NCBI GenBank assembly: GCA_030390025.1
Contig: CM059432.1
Coordinates: forward strand, 140,370,001-140,434,000
Length of the DNA stretch: 64,000 nucleotides
Reading direction: 5' to 3'
Source of the DNA: Squalus acanthias
Taxonomy: Eukaryota
Shown here one piece after another: positions 23,850 through 37,208 of the stretch. The position numbers and the translations under genes were made by a program. The notes under the pieces were generated by a model. The model had not been told where the DNA came from. It ran no database searches and saw nothing but the letters and a program-made list of their open reading frames with translations. How positions within the stretch are numbered: the stretch's first letter is position 1; each line of letters begins with the position of its first letter.

Positions 23850-24023
23850 AAATTGAGAGGTCGCACAACACCAGGTTATAGTCCAACAGTTTTATTTGAA
23901 ATCACAAGCTTTCGGAGCTATCGATTTGCTCCTTCCTCAGGTGAAGTAAATTAGATACAGAATCTCCAAAGCATATATAGATGGAAAACAAAGCATGTGT
24001 ACTTTACAATTGCAGACCAATAA
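23850..24023 (-). mobile_element. Penelope family A pseudo-LTR fragment with hammerhead (23902-23944)
   Basis: TSD ATAAATAGAGG; reverse complement CTGAGGA A GGAGC AAATCGATA GCTCC GAAAGCTTGTGA. Confidence 0.82.
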
Positions 24024-24692
24024 ATAAATAGAGGCACAGAGTACAAACTCAGGGAAGTTATGCTAAACCTTTATAAATCATTGGTTAGGCCTCAACTGGA
24101 GGATTGTGTCCAATTCTGGGCACCAAACTTTAGGAAGGATGTCAAGGCCTTAGAGAGGATGCAGAGGAGATTTACTAGAATGGTACCAGGGATAGAGGGA
24201 CTTCAGTTACATGGAAGACTAGAGAAGCTGGGGTTGTTCGCCTTAGAGCAGAGAAGGTTAAGGAGAGATTTGATAGAGGTGTTCAAAATAATCAAGGGTT
24301 TTGATAGAGTAAATAAGGAGAAACTGTTTCCAGTGGCAGAAGGGTCAGTAACCAGAGGACACAGATTTAAGGTGGTTATATGAGAACATTTTTTTACACA
24401 GCAAGTTCTTACGCAGAGTTGTGATGATCTGGAACGCACTGCCTGAAAGGGCAGTGGAAGCAGATTCAATAATAACTTTCAAAAGGGAATTGGATAAATA
24501 CTTGAATGGGGACAATTTGCAGGGCTATGGGGAAAGAGCAGGGGAATGGGATTCCTCATTAGATAGCTCTTTCAAAGAGCCAGCACAGGCACGATGGGCC
24601 GAAAGGCCTCCTTCTGTGCTGTATCATTCTGTGATTCTATGATACAAAAGCAGAAAATAATCAATATCTGATGGATTCAAGTTAGTTCCTTT

Positions 24693-24931
24693 TAAAGAAA
24701 GAACTTTCATTTTATATCGTGCCCTTCACTACCTCAGGACGTCTCAAAGCGCTTTACAATGAACAAGGTACGTTTGAAGTGTAGTCACTGTTGTAATGTA
24801 GGAAACGCGGCAGCTAATTTGAGCACAGCAAGATCCCACAAACAACAATGTGATAATGACCAGATCATCTGTTTTATATTGATAATTTTTATTATAAATA
24901 TTGCTGCTCTTCGAAATAGTGCCATGGGATC
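24693..24931 (-). mobile_element. DeuSINE-like fragment
   Basis: Similarity to other copies. Confidence 0.75.
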
Positions 24932-25041
24932 AGACTCGTTGCAGCTGCGTTAGCAGCAGCAGATGTTACATTTATTAGTTAAGTGCTTTTTAGCCACTTC
25001 AGAAGTGTGAAATCAACCAAAATCCCAGGTAAATTGGGATT

Positions 25042-25417
25042 GCTGTGGTTCAGTTGCTAACAGTCTCTGAGTCAGAGGTTGTGGGTTTAAGCCCTACTCC
25101 AGTGACTTTGAGCACAAAATCTAGGCTGACGCTTCAGTGCAGTAGTGAGGGATGTAAAAGATCCCACGGCACTATTTTGAAGAAGAGCAGGGGAGTTCTC
25201 CCACCGGTGTCCTGTCCAATATGTATCCTTCAACTAACATCACTAAAAAAACAGATTATCTGGTCATTATCACATTGCTGTTTGTGGGAGCTTGCTGTGC
25301 GCAAATTGGCTGCCGCGTTTCCTACGTTACAACAATGACTACACTTCAAGAGAACCTCATTGGCTGTAAAGTGCTTTGTGACGTGAAAGGCGCTATAGAA
25401 ATGCAAGTTCGTTCTCT
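25042..25417 (+). mobile_element. DeuSINE-like SINE with internal deletion
   Basis: Head, body and tail similarity. Confidence 0.8.
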
Positions 25418-25930
25418 CTACGTGATGGTGACATTATAAGCAAAGTGCGAACATTTCCTACATTCCCTATTTCTAGTCAAATCATAAAAAGCATTCTAAA
25501 CAAATGCGTTTACAATCTTGCTAGAAATAACAATCTGTGAAAATCTTCCTGCTATATTTCTGATAATATTATGATTGGACTCAACTCCATTTTCAGCATA
25601 GGTGTATAGACATCGAAAACGTGCTGCTCCTTCTTGGTAAAATCTGACACTGGGCTTTATCATGGTGCTCCGATCAGGATTTTATCTCCAAGTGTTATGT
25701 TTGGATCAGCAGTGCCCTGTGGTTTGATTGTTTTGTCCTGGATCCTGATGGATCTCTTTCCAGCACTGCCTAGAATTGCCAAAAACAATTGTGATTTTTG
25801 CAGGGAAGAGTTCCCACTTCAGCCGATAGTCTGATAGTGTGTCATTACTCGAGCTACTGCAGTACAAATCATACTCCAACTCTTTTTTCTTTGTTAATTT
25901 GAATGAATGTGCGGGACTGAACAATATAGA

Positions 25931-26347
25931 CAAGACTTGCATTTCTGTAGTGCCTCAGGATGTCCCAAAGTACTTTTGAAGTTTAGTCACTGTTGTAATG
26001 TAGGAAACGCGGCAGCCAATTTGTGCACAGCAAGCTCCCACAAACAGCTAATGATCAGATAATCTGTATTAGGTGTTGGTTGAGTGATAAGTATCGGCCA
26101 GGACACCGAGGAGAACTCCCCATATCTTCTTCGAAATAGTGGCCGTGGGATCTTTTACGCTCACCTGAGAGAGCAAACGGGGCCTCGGTTTAACGTCCAT
26201 CCGAAAGACGGCACCCCCGACAGTGCAGCACTCCCTCAGCACCGCACTGGGCGCGTCAGCCTAGATTTTGTGCTCAAAGTCTCTAGGAGTGGGACTTGAA
26301 CCCACGGCCTTCTGACTCAGAGGCGCAAGTGCTACCCACTGGGCTCA
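25931..26347 (-). mobile_element. DeuSINE-like SINE
   Basis: Head and tail recognisable. Confidence 0.85.
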
Positions 26348-26489
26348 ATAAGTGCAGCTGGTGATAAGGAAGAAGCAATTGGGTTGAAATTAGTAACCGT
26401 AAGGGTAACTAAGTAATAATTGGTAACTGCTGTTCACTGCTAGATCAAGGAGATAATTTAGGCAAATAGCAAACCCAGCAGGAAACTGT

Positions 26490-26740
26490 AACGTGATAAA
26501 TCATAGCGGAATTTCAATACCCTGGAGATACAATTGACAGATCAGCAACAACCCCAGGGGAGGAGTCAAAACACAAACAGCTTCATCAAGGTTATCAGTG
26601 ATTGCTTCTTAAAACAACAGACATTAAAGAAGATGCCACTTTCATTTTGTATTTACCAGTACACCAGAAATGATTAATGCCTTGGAGGTGGGGTTCTACT
26701 AATCAGTGCACAGTTAAATTGGAGATTGTAATTAAAGGTG
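26490..26740 (+). mobile_element. Ancient CR1 endonuclease-domain relic
   Basis: EFQYPG and FIKVISDCFLKQ remnants resemble GDFNYP / F...DCFL.Q motifs of CR1 APE domains. Confidence 0.5.
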
Positions 26741-26936
26741 AAGATGGTTCTGTGGATAAATATCTTCAGTGATGACCAGTTCCGCAGACAACTGTCTTCA
26801 TATCAGTAACAATAACAACAGCTTTTAGTTTTGGACATGACTGAAAATACATGGCTCAGCTCTTTCTACTTTGGAAAACCTTAGATAATTTGAGTATGTA
26901 CAAGATTATCAGTTGCGACGACATAAACACAAAATG

Positions 26937-27533
26937 TATCTGCTGCTGAAACCCTCATCCATGCCTTTGTTACCTCCAGACTCGACTATTCCAAAGCTCT
27001 CCTGGCCGGCCTCCCACCTACCATCGTTGATAAACTCTGCTGCCTGTCTCCTAACTCACACCAAGTCCCGTTCACCCAACACCCCCTGTGCTCGCAGACC
27101 TACATTGGCTCCCGGTCCGGCAACGCCTCGATTGTAAAATGCTCATCCTGGTGTTCAAATCCTACCATGGCCTTGCCCCTGCCTAGCTCTGTAACCTACT
27201 CCAGCCCGACAACCTTCCGGGATCTCTGCGCTCCTCCAAATCTGGCCTCTTGCAGCATCCCCGATTTGCTTCGCCCCACCATTGGCGGCCGTGCCTTCAG
27301 CTGCCGAGGCCCTAAGCTCTGGAATTCCCTCCCTAAACCTCTCCGCCTCTCTACCTCTCTCTCCTCCTTTAAGACGCTCCTTAAAACCTACCTCTTTGAC
27401 CAAGCTTTTGGTCATCTGTCCTTATGTGTTAAATATTTAATTATTTAGTTAAATATTGTCTGCTAACGCTCCTGTGACGCGCCTGGGGACATTTTACTAC
27501 GTTAAAGGCGCTATATTAATGCAAGTTGTTGTT
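26937..27533 (+). mobile_element. L2 3' fragment
   Basis: ORF2 C-terminus and (TTG)n tail. Confidence 0.88.
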
Positions 27534-27592
27534 TAAAAGCTCCAACTCAGTTATAATTGTGTGGACTAGATTCCACTGAGATTAGTGAGCAC

Positions 27593-27757
27593 CAACATTC
27601 CCTCTAAGCTCCGTGGCCGCGCGGCTGTCGACCGGTATCACGCAGCCCGGGACCGGCTTTCCCAAAGTGAAATTTCGCGCATGTGGGATACTTTGAATGG
27701 GCCGCGCAGCCCATTAAAGGGACCGCGCACCCAAATTTAAAATGAGGGGCAACATTG
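27593..27757. mobile_element. hAT-type MITE
   Basis: TIRs CAACATTCCCTC / GGGGCAACATTG; 8-bp TSD GTGAGCAC / GAGAGCAC. Confidence 0.78.
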
Positions 27758-27894
27758 GAGAGCACTATGCCCATTAAGTCTAAAAGAGGAGGTAGGTGTA
27801 TTATTGGGGGTTGACTAAGGAACGTGGCTCTGGATATCCGTCTGTTTTCAAATAGGGCCATAGGATCTCTTACATCCACCTGCCGAGGCACACG

Positions 27895-28341
27895 GTCAGC
27901 TGTGGCTCAGTGGGCAGCTCTCCCACCTCTGAGTCAGAAGGTTGTGAGTTCAAAGTCGCACTCCAGAGACTTGAACACGACAAATCTAGGTTGACTCTCC
28001 AGGGGAGTGCTGCACTGTCGGAGGTGCCGTCTTTCGGATGAGATGTTAAACCGGAGCCCCGTCTGATCTCTCAGGTGGATGTAAAAGATCCCATGGCACT
28101 ATTTTGAAGAAGAGCAGGTGTCCTGGCCAATATTTATCCCTCAATCAACATCACTAAAAAAAAAATTATCTGGTCATTATCATATTGCTGTCTGTGGGAG
28201 CTTGCTGTGCGCAAATTGGCTGCCGTGTTTCCTACATTACAGCAGTGACTACACTTCAAAAGTACTTCATTGGCTGTAAAGAGCTTTGGGACGTCCTGAG
28301 GTGGTGAAAGGCGCTATATAAATGCAAGTCTTTCTTTCTTT
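27895..28341 (+). mobile_element. DeuSINE-like SINE, near full length
   Basis: Head GTCAGCTGTGGCTCAG to (TTTC)n tail. Confidence 0.9.
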
Positions 28342-28757
28342 GGTCTAAATCTATCATCTGAAACTTGACAATCCAACACTTCCTCAGTACAGCACTGAAG
28401 AGTCATTTCGTTTAATATATTCGAGTCTATAATGGGGCTTGACCCAACCGCCTTCCGACTGACTTAATGGTGGATTTATTTCTGTCCCAGACTCAGCATC
28501 AGGCCCTTAACATGCGCTATGAACCAACCCTGAGAGAAGGTTGATGCAGCTGATTAGGAGTGTAAGGTGTTGTTGGTATTGCCATCAGATTACACTGCAG
28601 CCTCAGATGCAGCCACAAGAGTCCTTCTCGCTATATTGGTTGGTCAAGCTGCCCTCAATATACTCTCAGACTAACAACTGCAGACGTACATTGCTTTATC
28701 AGTGAACTGGGCCTGCACCCTCTGGAGCAGGAATTGTCAATATAAGAACATTGAGAA

Positions 28758-29080
28758 AAAAGAAAGAACTTGCATTTATATAGCGCCTTTCACGACCTCA
28801 GGACGTCCCAAAGTTCTTTACAGCCAATGAAGTGCTATTTTCAGGTGTAATCCCTGTTGTAATGTAGAGATGTGCTGCAGCCAATTTGCGCGCAGCAAGC
28901 TCTCACAAACAGCAATTAAACAAATGACCAGGTCATCTGTTTTAGGTATTGGTTGAGGGGTAAATGTTGGCCAGGATACCAGGAGAACTCCCCTTGGAGG
29001 TAGTGCCAAGGGATCTTCTATTATGCACAGCACGGTCCCACAAACAGCAATGTGATGATGGCCAGATCGTCTGTTTTTGG
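28758..29080 (-). mobile_element. DeuSINE-like 3' fragments
   Basis: Tail and body similarity with internal duplication. Confidence 0.75.
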
Positions 29081-30004
29081 GCGTTGGGTGAGGTTCCCGA
29101 GGGCTGCTGGTGGCCCCGGGACTGTACCCCCCGGCAAGAAGCAATGGCCCTCCAACCCGACAGCGCTTTCTGGTGGTCTTCCGCCGCGACTGCAGTGGGA
29201 GACCGGCGGAGGCCCCAGAGAAACCGCGGGAACGGCTGAAAACCGCCACCTGGTTTCAGGGCCAGTCGCTGTAGAAGAGGAACAGAGGAAACAAAGTGGG
29301 GGAAAGAATTTCCAAATTAAAATTCCCTTCAGAGTTCGCTCCTTTCGGTTAAACTCTAAGCAGCTCTTCACTGCCAGGAGATCTTTATGATCTCAGTTTC
29401 CTCCCTTTCGTTTTGACCAATTCTGTATATTCCAAAGACATTGCGAGAACACAGATGTGCCCACTGACTAATACTCAGTGACCTTTTGGGTCAGGCCAGT
29501 TAAACCCCACCCACAGCTTCAGCATTAATGCAGTTCAAACATTGCTACCTTTTTTTTTAACATTTAATGCTCTTGCTGTGAGAGACAAGGCAGACGTCTT
29601 TTGCAATTCAACAATCAAGTAATATTAACAATTTGAAAGTTTTCATCGTTCGTATTAGAAAGAGCGAGCGCTGTAAGATAGACCCACAAAGAGATAGCGG
29701 GCGTCCGGTATTTTCCTGTGAACGTTCTCGTGAATAGGCAGCGTCGAACCAAAGGAAAGTTGAAATGAATGCTTCATCCACAGGGATTAGCCACGGACCC
29801 TGAGAGATCAGTAACAGAAACAGTGGCTGGATATAAACTGGAAGGATGGCAGGTTTATAACCTGTAATGATGACTCGGAAACTGTGACCCAGATAAACAG
29901 GCCGACCATGACTAACTGGGTTACATTTTATTAGTCCTCTGTGGAGCAGAGCTACTGTCTGAAGTCGGACAAGAAGCAGACGGGACTAACTGGTCTTATA
30001 GTCA

Positions 30005-30160
30005 GAGAATCATAGAATCATCCAGCACAGAAAGAGACCATTCGGCCCATCGTACCTGTGCCGGCTCTTTGGTAGAGCTCTCCAATTAGTCCCACTCCCC
30101 CTGCTCTTTCCCCACAGCCCTGTCATTTTTTCCCCTCCAAGTATTTATCCAATGCCTTTT
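30005..30160 (-). mobile_element. CR1 3' end
   Basis: (AGAATCAT) tail, CCATTCGGCCCATC stem. Confidence 0.8.
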
Positions 30161-30199
30161 CACTGTGCCTTTTCTAATAAACCCACAATGAGACCCTGG

Positions 30200-30505
30200 G
30201 TTGCCCCAAACAAAAACAAAACGAAAGTTTTTCAAGGGGCACAACTAATAAGGAACTAAACCGGAAAACAAAAGAATCTTATAAAACTTAAATAATAATG
30301 TTATTACTATTATCCACTCCTTCTCCAGGGCCACCTGGACACGGATAAGGCCGCGGAAGAGAGGCAGGAAACCAGAGCGACCATCCCACCACGGACCACG
30401 CCTAACCTGGACCTGTGGCTGGTCACCTTGGCCGGGCCCAGGAGCAGACCCACGAGGAGGTCCTCCGACTTGCCTGCCCCCCCCTCCTCCTCCTCCTCCT
30501 CCTCC
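30200..30505 (-). mobile_element. Tx1/L1-clade LINE 3' fragment
   Basis: Reverse complement reads GKSEDLLVGLLLGPAKV...FLPLFRGLIRVQVALEKE, like Tx1-type ORF2 C-termini. Confidence 0.6.
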
Positions 30506-30974
30506 GCACCGGGTGGCCTCTTGTTACTGAAGCCACTCTTTGTTTAACAGCTGCTGAAATATATATCAACGAGGCGTCACGAATGTTTTTCCTGCAATTG
30601 TCTCTGTTTCTGCTTCTTAATGATATACTTTTTGTACAATTTAAATAACTGTGCATCCCCTGCATCTTTCTGTAGAGGCCAATATTTTTCGACACAGAAT
30701 TCCACGTTATTTATTCAAGCTGCAAGGTGACTTGGGTTGAATAATATTTCAGAGAGTTGGTAAAACTGAATTTAGGGCCTCCTGAACCTAGACTGTAATT
30801 TATCAGTGTTACTCTTCATAAATTAACAGTTAGCTTAGAGTGTGTCACGAGGTTTCAGTAAAATTATAAAGAAAGCTATTCAGACACGATCATAAAGAAC
30901 AAAAGCAAACCTGGAGCGGATTGTAAATATAATTTTAATTCAGAGATTGTGTTACAGGCCATAACTTACTTGTA

Positions 30975-31411
30975 CCATCACCCCCTGTGTTCGCTGACCT
31001 ACATTGGCTCCCGGTCCGACAACACCTCGATTTTAAAATTCTCGTCTTTGTTTTCGAATTCCCCCATGGCCTCGCCCCCCCTCCCTATCTCTGTAACATT
31101 TTCCAACCCTCCGAGATCTCTGCGCTCCTAGAATTCTGGCCTCTTGCACTTCTTCGATTTCAATCGCTCCACCATTGGCGGCCGTGCCTTCAGCTGCCAA
31201 GGCCCTAAGCTCTGGAATTCCCTCCCTAAACCTCTCCGCCTCTCCACCTCTCTCTCTCCTGCTTTAAGGCGTTCCTTAAAAACCGACCTCACCTGTCCTA
31301 ATGTCTCCTTATGTGGCTCAGTGTGTCATTTTGTTTGATAATCGCTCCTGTGAAGCGCCTTGGGACGTTTTGCTACGTTAAAGGTGCTCTATAAATACAA
31401 GTTGTTGTTGT
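30975..31411 (+). mobile_element. L2 3' fragment
   Basis: LHWLPV..RSTIGGRAFS..LWNSLP; tail. Confidence 0.88.
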
Positions 31412-33309
31412 ATATATTGCAGTTAGGGTAACATTGTTCCTACACATCTATGATGCTGCAAAGTCTATTGGCTACCTCGATTGTGCCCACCATTCTCTTT
31501 TGGGCTGGAATGCGAGGGAATGGATATTTTAAATGGCAGAGGATCGGATTTGGAAAGTTCCACTTACCTGCTTATCAGCAGGAAAGTCTATTCAGATAAA
31601 GTTGTATTTGGGCCCCTCTACAACCCTTGGAGACTCAATGGGTAAATCCACTGAGTGGTGAAGCATTTGGATACTTGTTCTGTTCCAATCTTAGCCAAGG
31701 CAGTGATTTGAACAATTGTGAAGTCTTCAGTGATCCTGGGCCAGGGTTTGAAGGGGGAAATCACCCAGTTCTGATCATCCCTACCAGTAAGAACTCATGC
31801 CTAGATATCGGGTAAGAATAGGATTTCACTAGGCTGTCTTCCATCCTCCCAGGTCTAATAAACTGGTCTAGACATCCACACTTAGATTGTCCTTTTGGGA
31901 ACGGTAGTCAGGGATTGGTGTTGACTGGGAACCATATCTCAACCTTTATTCAGAGGGTGAAAAATTTTGGTATTTGAATCCGAGTTTGCTTTGAACAAAG
32001 ACAGATTGCTGAATGCTAAAGAGCCTCTGAGATACTACCAGGAACCTCAGACATATTCCACCAGGGACTTGCATGCACATTTTCATTAAATAATCTTCTT
32101 CTTTTTGGTCAGACTGAAGTCCCCAAACCAAACCACTCGAATTCCATATAAGTAGTGTTACTGTGTGGCTGATATGGATCACTCTCTCCTTGTAGGACAC
32201 ATCCCAGTTACATAAACCCAGAGAGTTTAGGCAGAAGTTGCCAACAGCCAAGACTTTAGGATCGGCAAGTATACATTGGAATCTTGCTGGAGTTTAATGG
32301 GCTAAAACCATGTAACTGACCAGCAAAGAGCTCCATAAGCTTCTTGTTCCTTGTCCTGTTTAGGACATTAACTTGCAGGGTTAACTAGAGTCAAAAGAAA
32401 ATAAATCCTAGTCCCTGATGACAGGTCTACCACTCCAGGTCCCATCAATGAGCTGAGTTGGCTGGTTAATCAGTAATAATGCCCTGGAGTACTGTGGACC
32501 AGCCTGGCTCAAGTTATGAGTGTGCCACAGAGGATCAACTTGGTTTCAATCTCACATTGGCAAGCATGTCATCTTGGACCCAATTCAATGCTCACTTACC
32601 TTCCTCCCCAAGGATGATAGTCACTAGTAGATCATTGAGGGCAATTACAGCTTGGGCTTTTCCATACCACTTATGCTCATGGCAATATGGCAGTTTCAAT
32701 ACGCAAGGCTGAATCTCCTAGGATCTGAAATCTGTGCCTTTATATGCACGGTGAACAGGCTAAAAAAAAAAGAAAGAACTCGCATTAATAGTACGCCTTT
32801 CCCGACCTCATGATGTCCCAAAGGTTAGCCTGCCCAGGTTTAACAATGAACTCCTAGTTGCAGTATATCAATAACTGGAGAATACATGGGATGTCCACCA
32901 TCGCCATGAAAATACCATGCTGGAGATCAGTGTGTACAAGCTAGAATTACTTATTCAGATTGATTAGCATTCTAAATAATATCAGAAGCCAACAGATACA
33001 GCAAGATACTGAATTAGCACAATACACTCAACAATCTAATTAGAAAGAGTTCACAAGGTGTTTGTTATGTCTAAGAATACAGTCTGTCATCAGTTTTAGA
33101 ACACTAAGATGTTAAAACCAAATGATGATCTTAAATCCAGCAGCAATCACCCTTTCATTTGCGCAAGGAAAATTGAGTGGATGGTATATTGAAAGCATAA
33201 TATACTACTTGGCAGAAGAGGAACTGCATCCTCCTGGTAAGACTAACACTAACAGGAGCAACAGATAAAAAATATGTTATCACCTGCAGAACAATCCCAC
33301 ATTGCTACC

Positions 33310-33720
33310 AAAGAGAATCGTGAGGAATATAGAAAATGTAGTGGGAAAGTGAAAATGGAGATTAGAAGGACTAAAAGGGAATATGAAAAGACCAGCAGAC
33401 AATATAACAGGAAATATTAAAGGCTTTCATAAGCACTCCTACATTACAACAGTGACTACACTTCAAAAGTACTTAATTGCCTGTAAAACGCTTTGGGACG
33501 TCCTGAGATCGTGAAAGGCGCGATAGATATGCAAGTGCTTTATATTTTACAGAAGCAAAAGAATAGCGAATGAGTTCGGACCACTCAGGGACGAAGGAAG
33601 GAGGCTAATTGTGGAGGATGAAGGTATGGTGGAGATATTAAATAAATATTTTACATCGATTGTTAGAAATGAGAATTTAGGTGAACTGGAGGAGGATGTG
33701 GAACAACTGGTAGGGATAGC
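33310..33720 (+). mobile_element. Old CR1 internal fragment with SINE-tail insert (33437-33545)
   Basis: Remnants EYRKC, GPLRDE, MVEILNKYF, similar to 7880-8120. Confidence 0.6.
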
Positions 33721-33745
33721 TGAAGAATGTCGATATAGAGTTGGT

Positions 33746-34463
33746 CAATGTTCCCTGTGAGCGGCGCTTTGTTCTGCGCGGCCTGTTTCTTTTAGTGCGC
33801 GGTCCCTTTAAATTTCCGTGCGAGCGCGGAATTTACGATGTAAAAGCCGCGGAACGGCCTGCGGGACCTTTCCCATTACATAGAAGCATAGAAAAATTGG
33901 AGCAGGAGTAGGCCATTCGGCCCTTCGAGCCTGCTCCACCATTCAATATGATCATGGCTGATCTCTATCTCAATACCATATTCCCGCTCTCTCCCCATAC
34001 CCCTTGATGCCTTTTGTGTCTAGAAATCTATCTATCTCCTTCTTAAATATATTCAGTGACTTGGCCTCCACAGCCTTCTGTGGTAGAGAATTCCACAGGT
34101 TCAGCACCCTCTGAGTGAAGAAATTTCTCCTCATCTCAGTCCTAAATGTCCTACCCCGTATCCTGAGACTGTGACCTCTCATTCTAGACTCCCAGCCAGG
34201 GGAAACATCCTTCCTGCATCCAGTCTGTCTAGCCCTGTCAGAATTTTATACGTTTCAATGAGATCCCCCTCTCATTATTCTAAACTCGAGTGAATACAGG
34301 CCTAGTCGACCCAATCTCTCCTCATACGACAGTCCTGCCATCCCAGGAATCAGTCTGGTGAACCTTCGCTGCACTCCCTCTATGGCGAGTATATCCTTCC
34401 TTAGGTAAGGAGACCAAAACTGCACACAGTACAGGGCAGCCGCGCGGCTTAGAGGGAACATTG
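33746..34463. mobile_element. hAT-type MITE split by CR1
   Basis: TIRs CAATGTTCCCT / AGGGAACATTG, same family as 27593-27757. Confidence 0.7.
33879..34432 (-). mobile_element. CR1 3' fragment
   Basis: YCVQFWSPYLRKD...LWNSLPQ. Confidence 0.9.
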
Positions 34464-34484
34464 GACTTGTGGAGTGAGTGCCGA

Positions 34485-34768
34485 GGGGGGTTATCAAGTT
34501 AAAATTCATTCGCAGAGAGTGAGGAGAGATGTTCGGAGAAATGTCTTTACACAGAGGGTTGTCGGTGCATGGAGTGCTTTGCCATGGAGAGTGGTTGAGG
34601 TAGAGAGTGTTGAATCCACTAAGAAAAAAATTTGGAGAAATATTTGAAGCAGAGGAAGATACAGGGCTATGGGGATTAGTTTAGGATTGTTCTCGCAAAC
34701 AGCTGATGCACACACACAAGAGGCCAAATGGTTTCCCTCTGTGTTGTAAATATCTGTGTTTCTATGGC
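34485..34768 (+). mobile_element. Older CR1 3' fragment
   Basis: Degenerate FTQRVVGAWSALP and 3' UTR. Confidence 0.65.
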
Positions 34769-34973
34769 TACTGTCAAGCATAAAATTCCAATTTTCCTGT
34801 CACCTCCTATTTCCTTTCAGCTTCTCTCAGTAGCATGTGGGACACTGGGAAAGCTGGAAATAAAAGCACAGAGTGGAACGGAGAGCGGGGAAGTATAACA
34901 GCCTGCGGAGGAAGTGTCCCAAACATCGTGTGGCTGGCTCGGCCATCTCTGGCGGTTAATGGCAAGCCCATCA

Positions 34974-35158
34974 GCTCCAATTTTAACCTAATCCGCCCAG
35001 TGGGGGGAAACGGGCAACTTGGGGCTGTTAAACGCTCCGCCTGATTTTATGCTCCATTGTCAGGGGCCAGGGGTTAAGACGGATGTTCGACACCCAACAC
35101 CGCCCCCCCCCACCCCCCCCACCCCATTCCCACCGAGCGGTTAGGTTAAAATCGGGGC
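34974..35158. mobile_element. Short MITE with TTTTAACCTAA termini
   Basis: GCTCCAATTTTAACCTAA / TTAGGTTAAAATCGGGGC inverted termini. Confidence 0.6.
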
Positions 35159-35529
35159 TATGTATCTGTGATATTCTGTATCTTCACTTGAGGAGTCAAC
35201 ACTAAAGATTTTAATATTATATAATTCCAAATAGATTAACATTGTTTTGTAACTGACTGCAGATATCATCGGTTTGTTATTAATTAAAATGTTCTAAATA
35301 TACTGCTAGTCAATGTGTTTTTACCGTGCTGTGATCTTAGTTTAATTATCCACAGAAAACAACACCAACAACTAGCATTTACATAGTGCCTTTAATGTGA
35401 AATAAAACATCCCAAGGTGCTTCACAGAGGTGTAAAGTAACAAAGAAGGCGATATTACGAGGGATGACCAGAAGCTTGGCCAAATAGGTGGGTTCCAACG
35501 GAGGAGCTGGAAAGGTGAAGGTGTTCTAC

Positions 35530-35847
35530 TAGAATGATACAGCACAGAAGGAAGCCATTCGGCCCATCGTGTCTGTGCCAACTCTGTGAAAGAGCGATCC
35601 CATTAGTCCCACTCCACCTGCTGTTTCCCCATAGCCCTGCAAATATTTCCCCTTCAAATATTTATCCAATTCCCCTTTTGAAAGTTACTATTGAATCTGC
35701 TTTCACCGCCCTTTCAGGCAGCGCATTCCAGATCATAGCAACTCGCTGCGTAAAAATATGTCTCCTCATCTCCCCCCTGGATCTTTTGCCAATGACCTTC
35801 AATCTGTGTCCTCTGGTTACCGACCCTGCTGCCAGTGGGAACAGTTC
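35530..35847 (-). mobile_element. CR1 3' fragment (preceded by old L2 tail 35357-35510)
   Basis: GSVTRGHRLKVIGKR..IWNALPE. Confidence 0.85.
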
Positions 35848-36159
35848 TTGCAAGTTCTTTCGCTCGTTACTTGTTTTCACATGTTCTGGGTTCATATTCA
35901 GGGTTGAATTGTCAGCTTTTCTGCGTCCCTGTCACCTTGTTGGAAGCTCTTGATCAGCTTTTGCTAGTTTTCCAATTTGGTAGATCTGCATGCTGCATCG
36001 CTAACCTAGTAACCAGGGCTATGTGCCAGTTACCAACACCGTTCCCCCGAAGGTGCGCGGCTGCGCACTGATCCGGAGGTCCCGTGCAGGCCGCTCACCA
36101 GCAGATCTCGTGTAGCAAATTTGGCTGGAGTATAAAAGCAGGGAACTGATGCTACAACT

Positions 36160-36722
36160 CTACTCTCTCGCTCTCTTAGGCAGTCCCTGGGAACCGAGGA
36201 TGACTTGCTTCCACACTAAAAATGAGTTCTCAGGTGACTGATGAGTCCAATGCGGGACCTACAGTCTCTGTCACAGGTGGGGCAGACGGTGGTTGAAGGG
36301 GCGGGTGGGCGGGGTGCTTGGGTTGACATGCGCTCCTTCCGCTGTTTGCGCTTGGCTTCCGCTTGCTCCCGGCGAAGCGACTCGAGGTGTTCAGCGCCTT
36401 CCCGGATGCTTCTCCTCCACTTTGTGCGGTCTTGGGCCAAGGATTCCCAGGTGTCGGTCGGGATGTTGCACTTTTTCAAGGAGGCTTCGAGGCTGCCCTT
36501 GAAGCGTTTCCTCTGCCCACCTGGGGCTCTCTTGCCGTGTCGGAGCTCCGAGTAGAGCGCTTGTTTTGGGAGTTTCGTATCGGGCATGCGGACGATGTGA
36601 CCCTTCCATCGGAGCTGATCGAGCGTGGTCAAAGCTTCGATGCTGGGGATGTTGGCCTGAGCGAGAACACTGACGTTGGTGCGCCTATCCTGCCAATGGA
36701 TTTGCAGGACCTTGTGGAGGCA
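36160..36722 (-). mobile_element. RTE 3' fragment inserted in CR1
   Basis: ORF 36216-36632 QLRWKGHIVRMPDTKLPKQALYSEL...CPTCDRDCRSRIGLISHLRTH; CR1 continues on both sides. Confidence 0.9.
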
Positions 36723-37049
36723 GCTGTACAGGGTATTGGTGAGACCACACCTGGAGTACTGCGTACAGTTTTGGTCTCCTTATTTAAGGAAGGATATACT
36801 TGCATTGGAGGCAGTTCAGAGAAGGTTCACGAGGTTGATTCCTGAGATGAAGGGGTTGACTTATGAAGAAAGGTTGAGCAGGTTGGACCTATACTCATCG
36901 GAGTTTAGAAGAATGAGAGGTGATCTTATTGAAACATATAAGATACTGAGGGTGCTTGACAAGGTAGATGCAGAGAAGATGTTTCCCCTCATGGGAGAAT
37001 CTAGAACTCGGGGGCATAGTTTCAGAATAAAGGGTCGCCCATTTAAAAC

Positions 37050-37208
37050 TGAGAAGTCGCACAACACCAGGTTATAGTCCAACAGTTTTATTTGAAATCA
37101 CAAGCTTTCGGAGCGCTGCTCCTTCACCTGACGAAGGAGCAGCGCTCCGAAAACTTGTGATTTCAAATAAAACTGTTGGACTATAACCTGGTGTTGTGCG
37201 ACTTCTCA
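37050..37208. mobile_element. Palindromic Penelope family A insert with hammerhead (37125-37160, +)
   Basis: ~75-bp inverted arms around ACCTGAC; replaces a segment of CR1 instead of making a TSD. Confidence 0.82.

Larger units (their letters stand above)
22620..24642 (+). mobile_element. CR1 LINE fragment with three inserts
   Basis: RT remnants and C-terminus (LVRPQLEDCVQFWAP, IWNALPE), TTCTATGA tail. Confidence 0.88.

Noticed and set aside
29640..29805. Possible - strand exon after a TCTCTCAG acceptor
   Set aside because: One open frame but no recognisable product or clear donor; unsupported without expression data
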